DNA of 64,000 nt from an uncultured Nitrososphaerales archaeon (GCA_963709405.1 CAVPXM010000036.1:32001-96000), one strand, 5' to 3'. Shown: positions 1 to 12,639, numbered from the stretch's first letter. Notes: generated from the sequence alone by a model not told the origin. Program-made: numbers and translations.

Positions 1-472
1 TAGAGGCTTTTGACGAGGTCAGCGCCAAGAATCTTAGAATAATCCGGACCGACGAAATTAACTGGGCATACGGCAAGAGATATTGTACATATACATTAGT
101 GTTGCATAATATTAACAGCAACCACTTCTTAAATTGAGATATTTGTAATCTAAAATATGCATGAATATTGTATGGAATTGGTTCGTCTTATAATTACGAC
201 GCAGATATTTAATTAGAATATTCAATCCTTAATACAAATCTCAATCGAACGACCGTGCTGGGAGTTGCGCAAGTGAACAAACAGAAAAGCTTTGTACGCA
301 TCCTTGTTCGTCTGCAAACCATGTCGATTAGGTTTACATAGACACCAAAAGTAGTACATATTAGTCATTGGATCGAAATTTTTAACTTAATTCAGATCAT
401 GTTTAGTAAGGCCCGCTATCTGGCTCAGAGTATGAACATTTAATTAGATAGGAAAATAATTGCTGTTAGCCA

Positions 473-1711
473 TTGACTGGAAAGACTTGTGAGAAGGAAA
501 TAGAGGTAAGGGGACATCTTATCGATTCGATGATCCTCACGAAAATATTTGACAAGATAATGGATCTTAAGGGTGATTTTGAAGTTTTAGAGTTCAATAT
601 AGGAAAAAGGAAGAGAGATCATAGTTATGCACACCTTTTAGTTCGTGGCAACACACCGGAGCATTTAACTGAGTTATTGGAATCGATATATATTGAAGGA
701 GCGCAACCCGCATCGATCGAACAAGTCATCCTTGAACCAGCTCCTAAAAATATGGTAATGCCTATTAATTTTTATAGTACTACAAATAATACCACCGAGA
801 TTTATTACAAAGGTTCATGGATTACTGTCGACAATATGATGATGGATAAGTGTATAGTAGTAGATACAAGAAGTAACAAAGCAGAATGTAAAATGATACG
901 TGATATAAAAAAAGGAGAAATGATCGTTATTGGAGAACAAGGTATCAGAATAATTCCCCAAGAACGACCGAGGGAAGGTGTGGATATCTTTCAATTTATG
1001 AGTAGTAGTAGTTCGAGTGAACGTCCTACTCAACAAATTGCTCGAAAAGTTGCATCGGATATCGATCGAACTAAGCATGTAGAAAAGGGAAGAATCGTGG
1101 TAGTGTCAGGGCCAGTCCTAATTCACTCTGGTGCTTCTGAGGCTATGGTTAAGTTGATTCGTATGGGCTATATAGATGGTCTTTTGGCTGGTAACGCATT
1201 AGCTGTTCATGACGTAGAAAATGCATTGATGGGAACTTCTCTAGGAATGCGAGTGAATGATGGCACTCTCGCAATAAGAGGTCATAGAAATCATATGCAA
1301 GCTGTTAACGAGGTATTCAGAGCAGGATCCCTAAATGCAATGGTTAAAGAAAAGATATTAACAAGGGGAATATTCTACGAATGCATTACAAGGAATGTTC
1401 CATTCGTATTAGCAGGTTCAATAAGAGATGATGGGCCTATTCCAGACGTCTTAACAGACATAGTTGAAGCCCAACGCCAATATAAACAAATTTTGAAGAA
1501 TGTAAAGATGGTTTTGATGTTTTCTACAATGTTACATTCTATAGCTGTCGGTAATATGCTTCCAGCTTCGGTTAAGGTTGTTGCTGTAGATATTAGCCAA
1601 TCAGTTGTAACAAAGCTTCTTGACAGAGGAACTACCCAAGCTATCGGGATAGTAACTGATGTCGGAACCTTTCTGCCGATGGTGTTGCAACATTTAGAAA
1701 AACTAACATAA
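473..1711 (+). CDS. TIGR00300 family protein (LOR/SDH bifunctional, ornithine cyclodeaminase-like)
   Basis: GHLIDS N-terminus, FYSTTN, FxFMSSxxSSER, LAGNALAVHD and LAGSIRDDGP motifs; TTG start. Confidence 0.9.
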   Translation: MTGKTCEKEIEVRGHLIDSMILTKIFDKIMDLKGDFEVLEFNIGKRKRDHSYAHLLVRGNTPEHLTELLESIYIEGAQPASIEQVILEPAPKNMVMPINFYSTTNNTTEIYYKGSWITVDNMMMDKCIVVDTRSNKAECKMIRDIKKGEMIVIGEQGIRIIPQERPREGVDIFQFMSSSSSSERPTQQIARKVASDIDRTKHVEKGRIVVVSGPVLIHSGASEAMVKLIRMGYIDGLLAGNALAVHDVENALMGTSLGMRVNDGTLAIRGHRNHMQAVNEVFRAGSLNAMVKEKILTRGIFYECITRNVPFVLAGSIRDDGPIPDVLTDIVEAQRQYKQILKNVKMVLMFSTMLHSIAVGNMLPASVKVVAVDISQSVVTKLLDRGTTQAIGIVTDVGTFLPMVLQHLEKLT

Positions 1712-2229
1712 CGTCAAGAAAAACCCATTTATTTTTCAATTTTCAAGTTACAACTCGTTCGCTAATAGTCCTGATGAATGAACACATTATGGATTATTCC
1801 AGCGAGTTTCACGACATCATGGTATAAAAATTTATGTTACAATTGTCTATAGATTAATAATGTAAACGGAATTCCTTTATGTAGGAACGAATTAGTAATA
1901 TGACCAAATTGTAGTGTTATTCACGTTATATAAAAAGACTTGCTCATTTATATTACGTTTGGCCAAATTCATATACATCTTATTTTTAGGTGATTATGAA
2001 TCGCCAATTTGAAAACTAAAATAATCTATGACGAATGTCAGTACCTATGAATTAAGAAAGTCACGGGATTGCAAATTACATCATGACTTTGATACAACGA
2101 AACCAATGGCAAAAATTTGATACGAACGTGACAATGCAAAATTTATGGTATAGTACCGAATCGATAATGTTTAATACCCAAACTTTTGAATGGTGTGATC
2201 TCGATATCAGTACTGTGTGACAATATCAC

Positions 2230-2630
2230 GCATGAATTCAACTCAAATACATTATTGAAGAAAAATAATGGTGCAGTTCTGTCAAATTAGAATTGAATTT
2301 GTATGCATAAAATGTGCAATTTGTTGGAATTATCATTGGGCACATGAACAGATTAAAAATCTGGGTTTTGACCATCGATATATACTTCTAAACATACTAA
2401 TCCTCTTTCCAGCAATTCTTCCCCTTCTCACGTTCAATCAATAGTTTACGAAGAAAAAATCATTATTACTGACAAATATCTTTGATAAAAAAGTAGTCGA
2501 TGTGTACGGGACAGAAATACAACCAATCTACAACTACCTTAGATGTCGTCATGAATTCTCATTGCATGGTTTGGAAGCACTTAGAAGAAATTGTACGTCG
2601 ACATCCCCAAAATTCGACGATAGGTGTAAC
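2230..2630 (+). pseudogene. Degraded paralog of the Cys/His-rich protein at 51380-51799
   Basis: Manual translation gives IEFVCIKCAICWNYHW, VVDVYGTEIQPIYNYLRCRHEFSLHG and RHPQNSTIGV, matching FACIRCGYCWTCH, VDVFGKASEPICNYLRCHHKFLIHG and RHPQNRILGV; stops and frameshifts present. Confidence 0.7.
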
Positions 2631-2909
2631 GAAATGGATACTGGCGATATAATAGCCAATCTACCTGTCTTAACATAACATCAACATAATGTAGATAGTA
2701 ACTAAGATTATCAGAAATTGATAATGTTACCGCTAATTAGAATTCATGCAAGAATAGAAAATTTTGTCCACGTTTTTATTTAATAGTAGATTAAAATTAT
2801 TAAACATAATAACTCCATTTTAAATGTAATGTTCAGAATTGGTGTAGCATTGTTGAAATTATCAAACGATGGATTAAAACTTAAATATAACTAAAATCTT
2901 TCTATAATA

Positions 2910-3161
2910 ATGAGCAAAGATTCAAACAGGAAATATGTAACAATCTCCATGATTGCAATAATAGCGGTATTGATAGGAACCTTGTCAATAAGCCAGGTAT
3001 TACAACCGGTATACGCTCAAAACACTACTGGTCAAATGGGTCAAAAAATTGGGCAAGCTGCTGGGAATGTATCTGGATCAGTCAATAAGACAGGCAACCA
3101 GTCAGCAAATCCACTGGCAAAAGTTGGCGAAGCACTAAAAGGTATGTTCGGCGGCAAATAA
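2910..3161 (+). CDS. Small secreted/membrane-anchored protein
   Basis: Basic N-terminus, hydrophobic helix, VYA-Q signal-peptidase-like site, G/Q/N-rich tail; TATA-like element upstream. Confidence 0.7.
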   Translation: MSKDSNRKYVTISMIAIIAVLIGTLSISQVLQPVYAQNTTGQMGQKIGQAAGNVSGSVNKTGNQSANPLAKVGEALKGMFGGK

Positions 3162-3216
3162 CCTACTTTTGTTGTAGGTACCTATCACTACTTGCAGTAG
3201 TGAGGTAGATTTTTTT
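3161..3216 (+). terminator. Double hairpin followed by a T-tract
   Basis: ACCTAC/GTAGGT and TCACTAC/GTAGTGA stems, then a T-run, directly after the stop codon. Confidence 0.45.
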
Positions 3217-3991
3217 AAACGGCTTCTTTAAGAAGTAATTACTAAATTAAGCTGTCATGTTTTTATTAAACTGGCGTTAATAACAGTTTCTCATATATAA
3301 CAAGGGGCTTGCGTTCGTAATCGCACTAATATTCAATATAACCACCTCACATTAATCATTTTCGTCATCAATAAAATGAAAAATAGTAGGTTTAATTTAT
3401 GACCAATGTGTGAGCTAGCTGAGAATTAGTTTTGAACTTGATTCGTGATTCGTGTGGATTATCTCGATGGTTCTCTTGATCGTTAAGAGAAGGTAATTTG
3501 TGTGGGCTAGCTATTATTTATTAATAGTACAATAAGACGAAGGAAATTCGCAGTACAGACCTGGTACACCTAATCAAATAAGAGAAATCCAGCTAGCTTC
3601 CAATTTATGTCCCATTGGTTGACAAAAGCCAAATATTAAATGTTGAGAGGATCAAACAGGAAGATATTACTTAACTGAGATCTTCACATTCCTGTATTGT
3701 ACACGCAACGGTGCTATAGTAACAGCAGTTGATTCGTTGGGAAAAAGTGAATAACAATGGGACTGGGTGCACAATAATAGTGTTACGGCTATTCGCACAA
3801 GGAGTAGCTTAATTTATCAATGCAATAAATAATGGAATTAGAGAATCTGCGAATGACTTAACAACTTCCAAAATACCAATTTCAGTAGGATACCAAGTTG
3901 TATCCATATCATTTGACAGAACAGGAGAGTGGCAATCTTAATAAGCAAGTAAATATTCACAGTTATATTACAAAATAGGAGTGCCTGTCAA

Positions 3992-4231
3992 ATGTCTAAT
4001 AGTATGGAAAATACGGATGATGAAGAACATAAGGAGAGTGGCAACTTACCTAAATTATCAGCGGACTTTCAGTGTTCTGTTTGTGGGTCAATATTCACCA
4101 CCGATCAAGATAGAGAACAACACCTGAAAAAAGAAGCTGATGGCGATTTGCATGAGGGTAGTACCTCTGAAGATATTGAAATTGCTAGGAATCAACAAGA
4201 ACTGAACAAAAATCGTATGCATTATGTATAA
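3992..4231 (+). CDS. Small C2H2-like zinc-finger protein
   Basis: FQCSVCGSIFxxxxDREQH; the last His ligand appears replaced. Confidence 0.65.
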   Translation: MSNSMENTDDEEHKESGNLPKLSADFQCSVCGSIFTTDQDREQHLKKEADGDLHEGSTSEDIEIARNQQELNKNRMHYV

Positions 4232-5500
4232 ATTTGCATACTTTTATTGTTGTCCATATATAAGACTCCACAAACAGTGAATTCGTTCGATATGTTAGGC
4301 TAATAGATGCTATATATCGTGTGGAGATTCAATACCGCTGCTGATGGAAAGGATAATGTTGTGATCTGCTCGGATATTGTGCATTGTCAGAATATATTAC
4401 AACTGCTCTAAAAGTACAAGGGGACCATATACTGTGTTCGAAAAATTGCGTTGAATTAGTATAAACTGCACTAGACGTGCTATACTATATTACGAAAATA
4501 TTATAATTCATGATTTTTCATGTATATGACTGTATGAACGAAATTAATTAATAATGCAATATCTGACAAATGGAAAAAAATGAAAATGATGTGGTAACAC
4601 AATCACAGCAGGGATCTCTTTGGTTGAGAATATAGATAAATGTGACATAATAAATGCAATTAATCAATGATCTATATAAATACTATAAAAAAGAATTATA
4701 GTATTTAATAGGGTATAAAACATATAGAATATTTATATCCTCAATATCTTTTATCTGGTTCAGTTATTTAGTGACAATAAGATAATTTGCCTCAATCTAG
4801 AACATGATCCTGATCGTAGAATCCCCACCCGTTTTTTAGATCATATGTTACAAATTCGGAGCATGTGTTGACATTATAAAAAACGTTATCATTCTAAATA
4901 TTACCATAAAACAGAGCACGGTAGTAAATAATCGAATTTCTGGCTAAGATTAAGGTACAACCAGCTACGTTAGATCAATATAGGAGGTAATCATGCATAT
5001 ATACATCCTACCTTTGGTTTCTCGGTGTAGATAAGTTTCAGATATACCTAAAGCAGTTTGATGTTTAAGAGTGATAGACGAAGTGACAAATTTAACAATG
5101 AGCTCAGAAGAATATTGTGTTAAAATATGTTGATCCTATCAAAATACGGCTCTTGTTATTAATTAGGCTATATTACGTATTGTTCTATTTAGAACGTCAT
5201 GAATTATATCTATTCAATCCAAAAGCAACTTCGCAGAACTTTAGCTCAACGTCCCAAAACATAATAATTTTAAAAGTCTTTCGAATATGACATTTTGTAC
5301 GTCATGATTGGATTTGTAATAAATGTCTAAACTATTGATAATATGATATATAATTACTAAATAATATTTTTCTTATGATTAAAAAGTTTAAAAGTATATC
5401 TGAAAAATGCATTTTTTTCTTAAACGCCATGATGAATAATGCTAGAGAGAATTTGAAATGTTGGATAGTAAGATATAACTTCCTCTAATCGTTTAATACA

Positions 5501-7022
5501 TTGTTTGTGACAAGCAAGGACACAGAGCAGCCAGGGCATGATATATGTCCATTATGTGGAAAGATCTTAACTAGTCGCCATGAAAAGTCCTCATTTGTAG
5601 AATATACAATTGATGGGGTTAGTTATAGATTTGACTCAAAGGATTGTGCAATTATGTTTAAACGGTTTTTGAGTGTGTATGGTAACGATTTTAAGCGTTT
5701 TTCTGGGCAACAGCAATATATTTCAGATCCTTTTTGGGATAAAGCAATTCCTAAGGAGCATGAAATTAATGAGATAGAGGAAGAGCGACTGAAGAATATA
5801 TCGGGCACAATACAGGAAAAATCTAACCAACATATTGTTGTTATTTCAGATCCCCTTGAAATACAGCGAGCTTGGTATTAATCTTGTAAGATCTGCCAAA
5901 GAAGATATCGCGATAATATTCTCTACGTCTAACGCATTTCGTAGACAATTGTGTATTGGGGGAATTCAATTCTTAGAAGAAGTAAGGAAATCTAATAAAT
6001 ATGTAAATATTAGACTTATAACACCTGTAAACGATGAAATTAGGAAGATTTCAGTAGATTTGAAGAGAAACTTTGGAATTGATGTTAAACATATAGTTGA
6101 TTCTATGCAATCAAAGATCACACTAGTAGTAATTGATAGAAAATTTTCTTTGGCGGTAGAACTAAAAGATGATACAAAAGATAATATTTATGAGTCAGCA
6201 GGGTTAGGAATTTATTCCAATCATAAGTCAACAGTTTTGTCCTATATTTCAATATTTGAAAGTCTTTGGAAGGAATTGGAATTAAATGAACATGTAGCTG
6301 ATCTTTGTGAGCAATTGAAATTTAAGGAAAAGATGCAAACAGAATTTATCAATATCGCAGCTCATGAATTTAGAGCGCCTATTCAACCAATACTGGGCTT
6401 GGCTGAAATCCTCCGATCTAGAGAAAAAGTAGATATTGAAAAACAACAGGAACTCTTGACGGTTATTATCAGAAATGCAAAAAGACTAAAGACTCTCACA
6501 GAGAATATTTTAGATATCACGAGAATTGAAAATCAACCTCTTATTCTACATGAGCAGATTCTTAATATCGAAGATGTCATATCTGATGCGATACAAGATA
6601 TAAATAGTCAAGTAGATTACGAAAGAGCAAATGTTAAAATATTATACAATCCAGTAAGGAAAAACAATGGAATAAGACTTGTGAAAGCTGACAAAGGAAG
6701 ATTAATACAAGTCCTTTCCAATTTGCTTGATAATGCAGTGAAGTTTACTGAGGAAGGAACGATATCGATTAATCTTGAGGAAAATACTATCAAAAATGAA
6801 CTCGTGGTTAGTATTATAGATACTGGGATAGGGATTAGTGCCGACATCAAACCGTTATTATTCACAAAGTTTATGACAAAAGCAGATAAAGGGACAGGTC
6901 TTGGGTTGTATATCTCCAAGAGTATTATCGATGCACATGGTGGCAGGATGTGGGCTGAAAATAATATCGACGGGAAAGGAGCAACTTTTAGATTTAGTCT
7001 ACCGTTAAGAACCAATAGTTAG
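5501..7022 (+). CDS. Sensor histidine kinase with N-terminal TRASH/YHS-like metal-binding domain (one frameshift near 5866)
   Basis: CPLCG...IDGVSYRFDSKDC; H-box AAHEFRAP, N-box NLLDNAVKF, G1 DTGIG, G2 GTGLGLYI. The two ORFs join as DPLEIQ|ELGINLV if one base is removed. Confidence 0.85.
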
Positions 7023-7175
7023 AATTATTACAAATTAATTCTAACCGGCGCACCATAAATACGTGGGGGTGGTAATTATACAATTATACATCCATTCCAT
7101 ATTCAAACATGTACGATATGAATGAAAAGCCTCCGCTAATCAATGCATTCGTTCTATATTCAACTTTAGTTTGAA

Positions 7176-8063
7176 TTAGATAGATTTTGTTATCAAATTC
7201 CTTACTGCCTTAAGAAACTGCAGTTGGGTTATTGGTTTTCTAATAACGTTATCATGAGTCACATCTGGAAATATCTTTACTAATTCTTCAGCTGCGTCAA
7301 GAGCAGACACAAAGAGCACTTTGACATCGTCATCTATTGCCTTAAATGTCTGATAAATCTGTATACCATTAAATTCTGGTATTCTAATATCTAATACTAC
7401 GAGATCATAATAAACGGAATTCTCTACGTTGTTTTCAAGGAAAGCCTTTAATGCTTCATATGGATTAGTATATCCATCCACGCTATACCCTTCATTTATT
7501 AGGAATGACTTGTAAGTGAATAGTACATCCATTTCATCTTCCACTATCATGATCTTGCAAGGTTTTTGTCCTTGTTGTCGATGCCTATCAATTTTTGGGA
7601 CTTTTTCTCTTATTCCTGTCATCTTACTTGATGAATAATAATGATCTTCCTTCGTAAGGATGTCTTTAATTATCTTATTTTTACCTATTATGACATCGAT
7701 AAATTTTTCTCGATCTTCCTTTGGATATTCATCATAGAGTGAGTCAATTGCCTTAAGTTTCAAATGATTATCGGCTGCGTTTTCACCTATCATTTGCAAA
7801 TAGTAAAATACCTTGCCCAACGAAGTCAGAGAATATTTTCGATTCAATTTGCTACCCTTCGATCTCTTCACTAATCCTGTATCCAATAGTTTTGATAATG
7901 TCTTATAATACTGCTTACGAGTAAGATTTAATTTAGTCCTAATGTTTTGACTATTATATCTTTCATTCTCATCGCGGCGAACAAGCGTATTAAGTAGAGT
8001 ATGAACAACTGGATTAGAGAGAATTTTATAGATATCAGTGATGACGATGAACTTCTTTTGCAT
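7176..8063 (-). CDS. Response regulator, N-terminal winged-HTH plus C-terminal receiver domain
   Basis: LTRKQYY...LLDTGLV...YSLTSLG wHTH; IMIVEDE, DLVVLDIRIP, FVSA, RKP receiver motifs; convergent with the kinase. Confidence 0.85.
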   Translation of the reverse strand: MQKKFIVITDIYKILSNPVVHTLLNTLVRRDENERYNSQNIRTKLNLTRKQYYKTLSKLLDTGLVKRSKGSKLNRKYSLTSLGKVFYYLQMIGENAADNHLKLKAIDSLYDEYPKEDREKFIDVIIGKNKIIKDILTKEDHYYSSSKMTGIREKVPKIDRHRQQGQKPCKIMIVEDEMDVLFTYKSFLINEGYSVDGYTNPYEALKAFLENNVENSVYYDLVVLDIRIPEFNGIQIYQTFKAIDDDVKVLFVSALDAAEELVKIFPDVTHDNVIRKPITQLQFLKAVRNLITKSI

Positions 8064-8697
8064 GAGCTACACCATTAATGATAGTGTAAACTACAATAAT
8101 ACTATTACATAAAATGAACGGTTTTCAGACAGCACTGTATTTATATTAGCGAACTTGTTAATGCAATAAGAATAATTATTCTACATCCGGTCATACCTAT
8201 CTTTCTTGATAAGTTATGACAGTTCAAATACAGTCGAAAGAAACATTACAAACGATCGCATGATACAGACTAATATACGTACGGTCTTTAGGTATTTTTA
8301 TTAATTACCAATATGATAATAGAATATTTATAAAATGGAAAAATGCCCCAAATTTACAATCACAGCTCTAAACCAGTACTGCTACTATTATTTAGATATG
8401 TAGTCTTTTTTTGCTATCTTAATATCTCTAGCGATAACTTTAAATATTGTGAAAAAATAAAAATTTACAAACGAGCAAGTAAATTTCAAATAGATTCATT
8501 ATTTAGGCATAGATCAAGTAAAATTGAGACGTTAGTAGGCAGACATTCTATGATTTAGTAATAATTTGCTTCTACAAATTAAATGATGACAACTCCAAAA
8601 TCAATATAATGTGAAATTGGTTTCGATTACTCGATGATCTGGTATAGGAATGAATAATCTAATATTAACCCCATCATATTTGATTCATTAGCTAGAG

Positions 8698-9379
8698 GGC
8701 TCTGTAAAGTTAAGATAACAAATTATTGTTATGATGACTAACAAATAGATCCAACCATTTTTGTATGTGTTGCAATTTACACTTACTTTTTCTACAAGGA
8801 AAATAATCATCGAAATATTCTGTTCTATCTTTGATGTATTGTACCGTCCTTTCTATGATACTTTTCTCATATGGAGAATGGATGTGATGGTGCAGTCTCA
8901 AGAATCTACAAGCCTGTGGATACCATGTACCTCCATCAGTTGAAACAGGATAGATGTTCTCCATATCTTTTTACAAGGTTTAATATAAAACGTTCTGCAA
9001 CAAACATGTTTCTCTCTTTTGATATGCTTATTTGAAGGATTTCTCGGTTATCATTCATTTTCAATGGCTATCCATAACCAGATATATTCGGAACCAACTT
9101 TAATGATAGTTTCATCAATTATAAATTCGGTAATACGTATCTATCTTTCTGGAACTTAACATCTCTGGTTTATATTTTTGAATCCAGTCTCTGATGGCAG
9201 TATGACTTCTTTTAACAAATCTAGACACAGCTTTGGATGTATTTCTTAATGAAAGACCAAGGAAATACAGATACAGAGAATATGCTATATCCTCAGGTTC
9301 TGTTCTCTTTCTTATTTGACACATCATAACCTATATCGGAGTCATAAAGCTATAGATTTTTCCTTAACTTTACAGAGCC
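8698..9379 (-). mobile_element. IS6-family insertion sequence, frameshifted transposase
   Basis: Perfect 17-bp terminal IR GGCTCTGTAAAGTTAAG (8698-8714 / 9363-9379); IDET, STDGGTWY and IERT DDE pieces split across frames. Confidence 0.9.
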
Positions 9380-9427
9380 GAAAAATTTGTAATAGCTTTA
9401 AGTATTTTAAAACCCTAATATAGGATA

Positions 9428-9668
9428 ATGGACAACGGAAGTGTTCAACGGTTAAGCATTGCACCAGGTCTTAGGAACTTGCTAGAAACAGTATGGATTA
9501 TTTACAATTAAATCCGTTGCAAATCAGAGCCAAGGAGAAATTGCTGTCTTGTTGGGAATTGATACATATGTTGCAGGAATAATTATTCAAGCTGCAAAGA
9601 AATCTCTAAAAGATACTGAACACAATATGGAAAATACAGCTGCAGGAGTTATTAGTACTATCCATTAA
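9428..9668 (+). pseudogene. Small helix-hairpin-helix (RadA N-terminal-like) protein, frameshifted
   Basis: MDNGSVQRLSIAPGLRNLL / FTIKSVANQSQGEIAVLLGIDTYVAGIIIQAAKK. Confidence 0.5.
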
Positions 9669-9834
9669 TATATTATAATATCCATTTTTTATGTCACTCC
9701 ACCATCAGGTATTGCTAATAGAAATTAGTACAAATGTAATGTGTCGACATTGATTCTCTATCGATATGTATAGTAGCATAATACATTTTATAATACGAAA
9801 CTTTGAATAACATTATATCTGTAATATATTTGAT

Positions 9835-9948
9835 ATGAAATGTGCTTGTTGTGGAGGAGATATGTTAAGAAATAAGGAATTGGAAAACACTATAATTTAC
9901 AAATGTAAAGAATGTGGTCTTAGCAATACCGAACTAAGAAGCAAATGA
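9835..9948 (+). CDS. 37-aa zinc-ribbon micro-protein (not in ORF track)
   Basis: MKCACCGGDMLRNKELENTIIYKCKECGLSNTELRSK; two CxxC knuckles; TATA-like element upstream. Confidence 0.7.
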   Translation: MKCACCGGDMLRNKELENTIIYKCKECGLSNTELRSK

Positions 9949-10509
9949 TATTCGCAGGTACATTATTTTTATATGAATTTGAGCATATCTTCTACGATAG
10001 TACATATCTTTTTAACAAGTATTCTATGTTAACGCACACCCAAATTGCTCATTCTCCGATCAAGACAAAATAAAGAAATATGAAATTATCTAGTTGATTG
10101 GATTGCTCTGAATAGATAAACCCGTATATAACAATGCATAATTGAGTACTGAATTATCTAGCTCAATTACGATAGAAGGCCAGAAAATTATACAAATTAT
10201 TTTAGATTAACAAAGTTAATCGAGAGTTATTTATGATGGTTTATAATATGATACATATGATACAAAGTCTTTCCTATTTCAGCAGTACAATTACAAGATT
10301 TTATCTCGAACATATTCCCATAGTTACAAAAGAAGGAAAGTCCTACGATTAAGTCAGTTACTTTTGATCCAGCAGTATCATTGTCGGTGACAATAGCGAA
10401 GCACATTACAACTGATAATAACGATTTAAAATGAATTTGTTATATACATGAGAACTTACTCAACTTACATTTGATTAACGTGATCAACTAAAGAAGATAA
10501 TACTAGCTT

Positions 10510-11460
10510 ATGAAAAATCCTTTCAAGAAATCAAACAGGAGGACGCCCGAAGGGGAACCTCTTGAACATGTAGGATCAGGCTCTGGTGCGGGCTCTAAAA
10601 AACTACTAATTATCGCAGCTATGACGACATTTATCGTTATTATTTTAGTGATGTCTGAATCAGTAGTTATCGTGCAGGCAGGACATCGAGGAGTTGTTCT
10701 ATATGCTGGTGCAGTCGAGAGCAGAGTATTAGGGGAAGGTGTGCACTTCATAATACCATTTGCTGAGCAGGTTATACCATTAGAGGTACGCACACTCAAG
10801 TTCGTGGCTAATGCGTCAGCCGCTTCAAATGATTTACAACAAGTACAGACGGTAATAGCACTAAATTACCATCTGAATCCAGCTGATGTAAATAAGATCT
10901 ACCAACAGCTGGGTCCAGACTATGCAGATAGAGTAATAGCGCCGACTATACAAGAATCAGTTAAAGCAAGTGTAGCGAAATACAATGCTGAGGAGTTAAT
11001 CACAAAAAGAGCTATTGTTAAAGATGTTATAGCAAATACGATAAGAAACTCCTTATCAGCAAAAGACATAGTGGTAGAGACAATATTTATTACTGATTTT
11101 AAATTCTCGCCAGCATTTTCTACTCAGGTTGAAGATAAAGTGGTAGCTTTTCAAAAGTACTTGACAGAACTGAATAATTTGAGAGCAATTCGAGTAGTAG
11201 CTAACCAAACAGTTGTACAGGCACAAGCACAGGCTAGAGCTAACATAGCAAAGGCTGATGGAGAATCACAAGCAATTAAAATTATTACATCACAATTAAG
11301 ACAAGACCCTCAATATCTTCAGTGGCAAGCGATCAATAGATGGAATGGACAAATGCCTTATTCTTTAGGTGGACAAGGCGCAATCCCATTTTTCCAACTA
11401 CCGCAATACTCACCTCAATCGTCAGTATCTGGATCACAACAACAAAATCAATCTAAGTAA
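10510..11460 (+). CDS. Prohibitin/SPFH (band 7) family membrane protein
   Basis: TM helix then VxAGHRGVV, LGEGVHFIIPF, SNDLQ, YNAEELITKR, AKADGE, WNGQMP. Confidence 0.92.
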   Translation: MKNPFKKSNRRTPEGEPLEHVGSGSGAGSKKLLIIAAMTTFIVIILVMSESVVIVQAGHRGVVLYAGAVESRVLGEGVHFIIPFAEQVIPLEVRTLKFVANASAASNDLQQVQTVIALNYHLNPADVNKIYQQLGPDYADRVIAPTIQESVKASVAKYNAEELITKRAIVKDVIANTIRNSLSAKDIVVETIFITDFKFSPAFSTQVEDKVVAFQKYLTELNNLRAIRVVANQTVVQAQAQARANIAKADGESQAIKIITSQLRQDPQYLQWQAINRWNGQMPYSLGGQGAIPFFQLPQYSPQSSVSGSQQQNQSK

Positions 11461-11715
11461 ATTAATAAAGAGTTGGCATTATTCCAGCCTTGAATCCAAA
11501 CAGCATATACCGCCATAGTTTGAATAACAAAATCAGACTAGCAGATGAACATTATACAAGTACACGGTCAATGATGCAAGATGAAGCAAAATAAACACTA
11601 ATGCTGAGTATATTATGCTACTAATTACGTACAAATGAAATCAAACATAATAATGAAATATCTAATGTACTCAATGACGAATACTATAAAACCTTGATAG
11701 TATGTTCTATTAAAT

Positions 11716-12363
11716 ATGAAAATCGTCGACCTGACTCTTGAGATTACTTCCAATATGGTCATTTTCTCTGGGGACCCTACCCCTATTTCTATAGAATGGT
11801 CCAAATTTGACATTCAAGGCTATGTTTCAGAATGTTTGTTTTTGAGTACTCATACAGGAACTCACATGGATGCTCCATTTCATTTTAGTCCTAATGGATT
11901 GAGTATAGATCAGATTGAAGTCAACAGATTCATCTGCAATGATACACTACTTCTAAGAATAGAAAAAGATTGCAATCAATTGATTACCACCGATGATATC
12001 TTAGGCAATACCAAAAATGAAATTAAGGAAAAAGATACTGTGGTACTGCATACAGGTTGGGAAACACGGAATAAGGAAAAAGATATGTACCTCAAAAATA
12101 ACCCAGGTCTATCAGATGATGCGGCAGAATATTTGGTAAAGAAAAAAGTTAATGCCGTAGCCATAGATGGTCCGAGTATTGATGTGGGTATTAACAGAGA
12201 ACTTCCTGCACATAAAATTCTTTTATCAAATAATATTTTAGTAATTGAAAATCTATGCAATTTGGATAGATTGAATAATCAAAATATTACAGTCATAATT
12301 ACTCCATTAAAACTTGTGGGAGCTTCTGGCTCACCAGTACGGGCAATCGGAATTGAAGAATAA
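11716..12363 (+). CDS. Cyclase family metal-dependent hydrolase (kynurenine formamidase-like)
   Basis: HTGTHMDAPFHF motif, IENLCNL, GASGSPVRA. Confidence 0.92.
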   Translation: MKIVDLTLEITSNMVIFSGDPTPISIEWSKFDIQGYVSECLFLSTHTGTHMDAPFHFSPNGLSIDQIEVNRFICNDTLLLRIEKDCNQLITTDDILGNTKNEIKEKDTVVLHTGWETRNKEKDMYLKNNPGLSDDAAEYLVKKKVNAVAIDGPSIDVGINRELPAHKILLSNNILVIENLCNLDRLNNQNITVIITPLKLVGASGSPVRAIGIEE

Positions 12364-12401
12364 ATAAACATGATCGATCATTAGAACCGTTTGGGCGACC
12401 T

Positions 12402-12632
12402 ATGACATCACACGTAACAAAATGCATTGCATGTACACGGAATAATTATTTGGACTCCAAATACTGTACCTATCATTATGATGCATTCTTAAATTTAAAA
12501 CAACAGTACAAGATATGGGTTGAGGCATATGGTCAAATTTCTTGGCAAGAATATCTGAATAAACTGATAGTGATGAATGGAGTGGGGGTTTGGGTAAAAG
12601 AAGTGATTGCCGTAGAATCAAAAAAATCTTAA
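12402..12632 (+). CDS. Small Cys/His-containing hypothetical protein
   Basis: CxxC...YCxYH, WxxAYG; follows the cyclase gene in an operon-like arrangement. Confidence 0.7.
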   Translation: MTSHVTKCIACTRNNYLDSKYCTYHYDAFLNLKQQYKIWVEAYGQISWQEYLNKLIVMNGVGVWVKEVIAVESKKS

Positions 12633-12639
12633 ATAGATT

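Noticed and set aside
3420-3940. Coding-like but stop-ridden stretch
   Set aside because: Probably an old pseudogene; could not assign a family.
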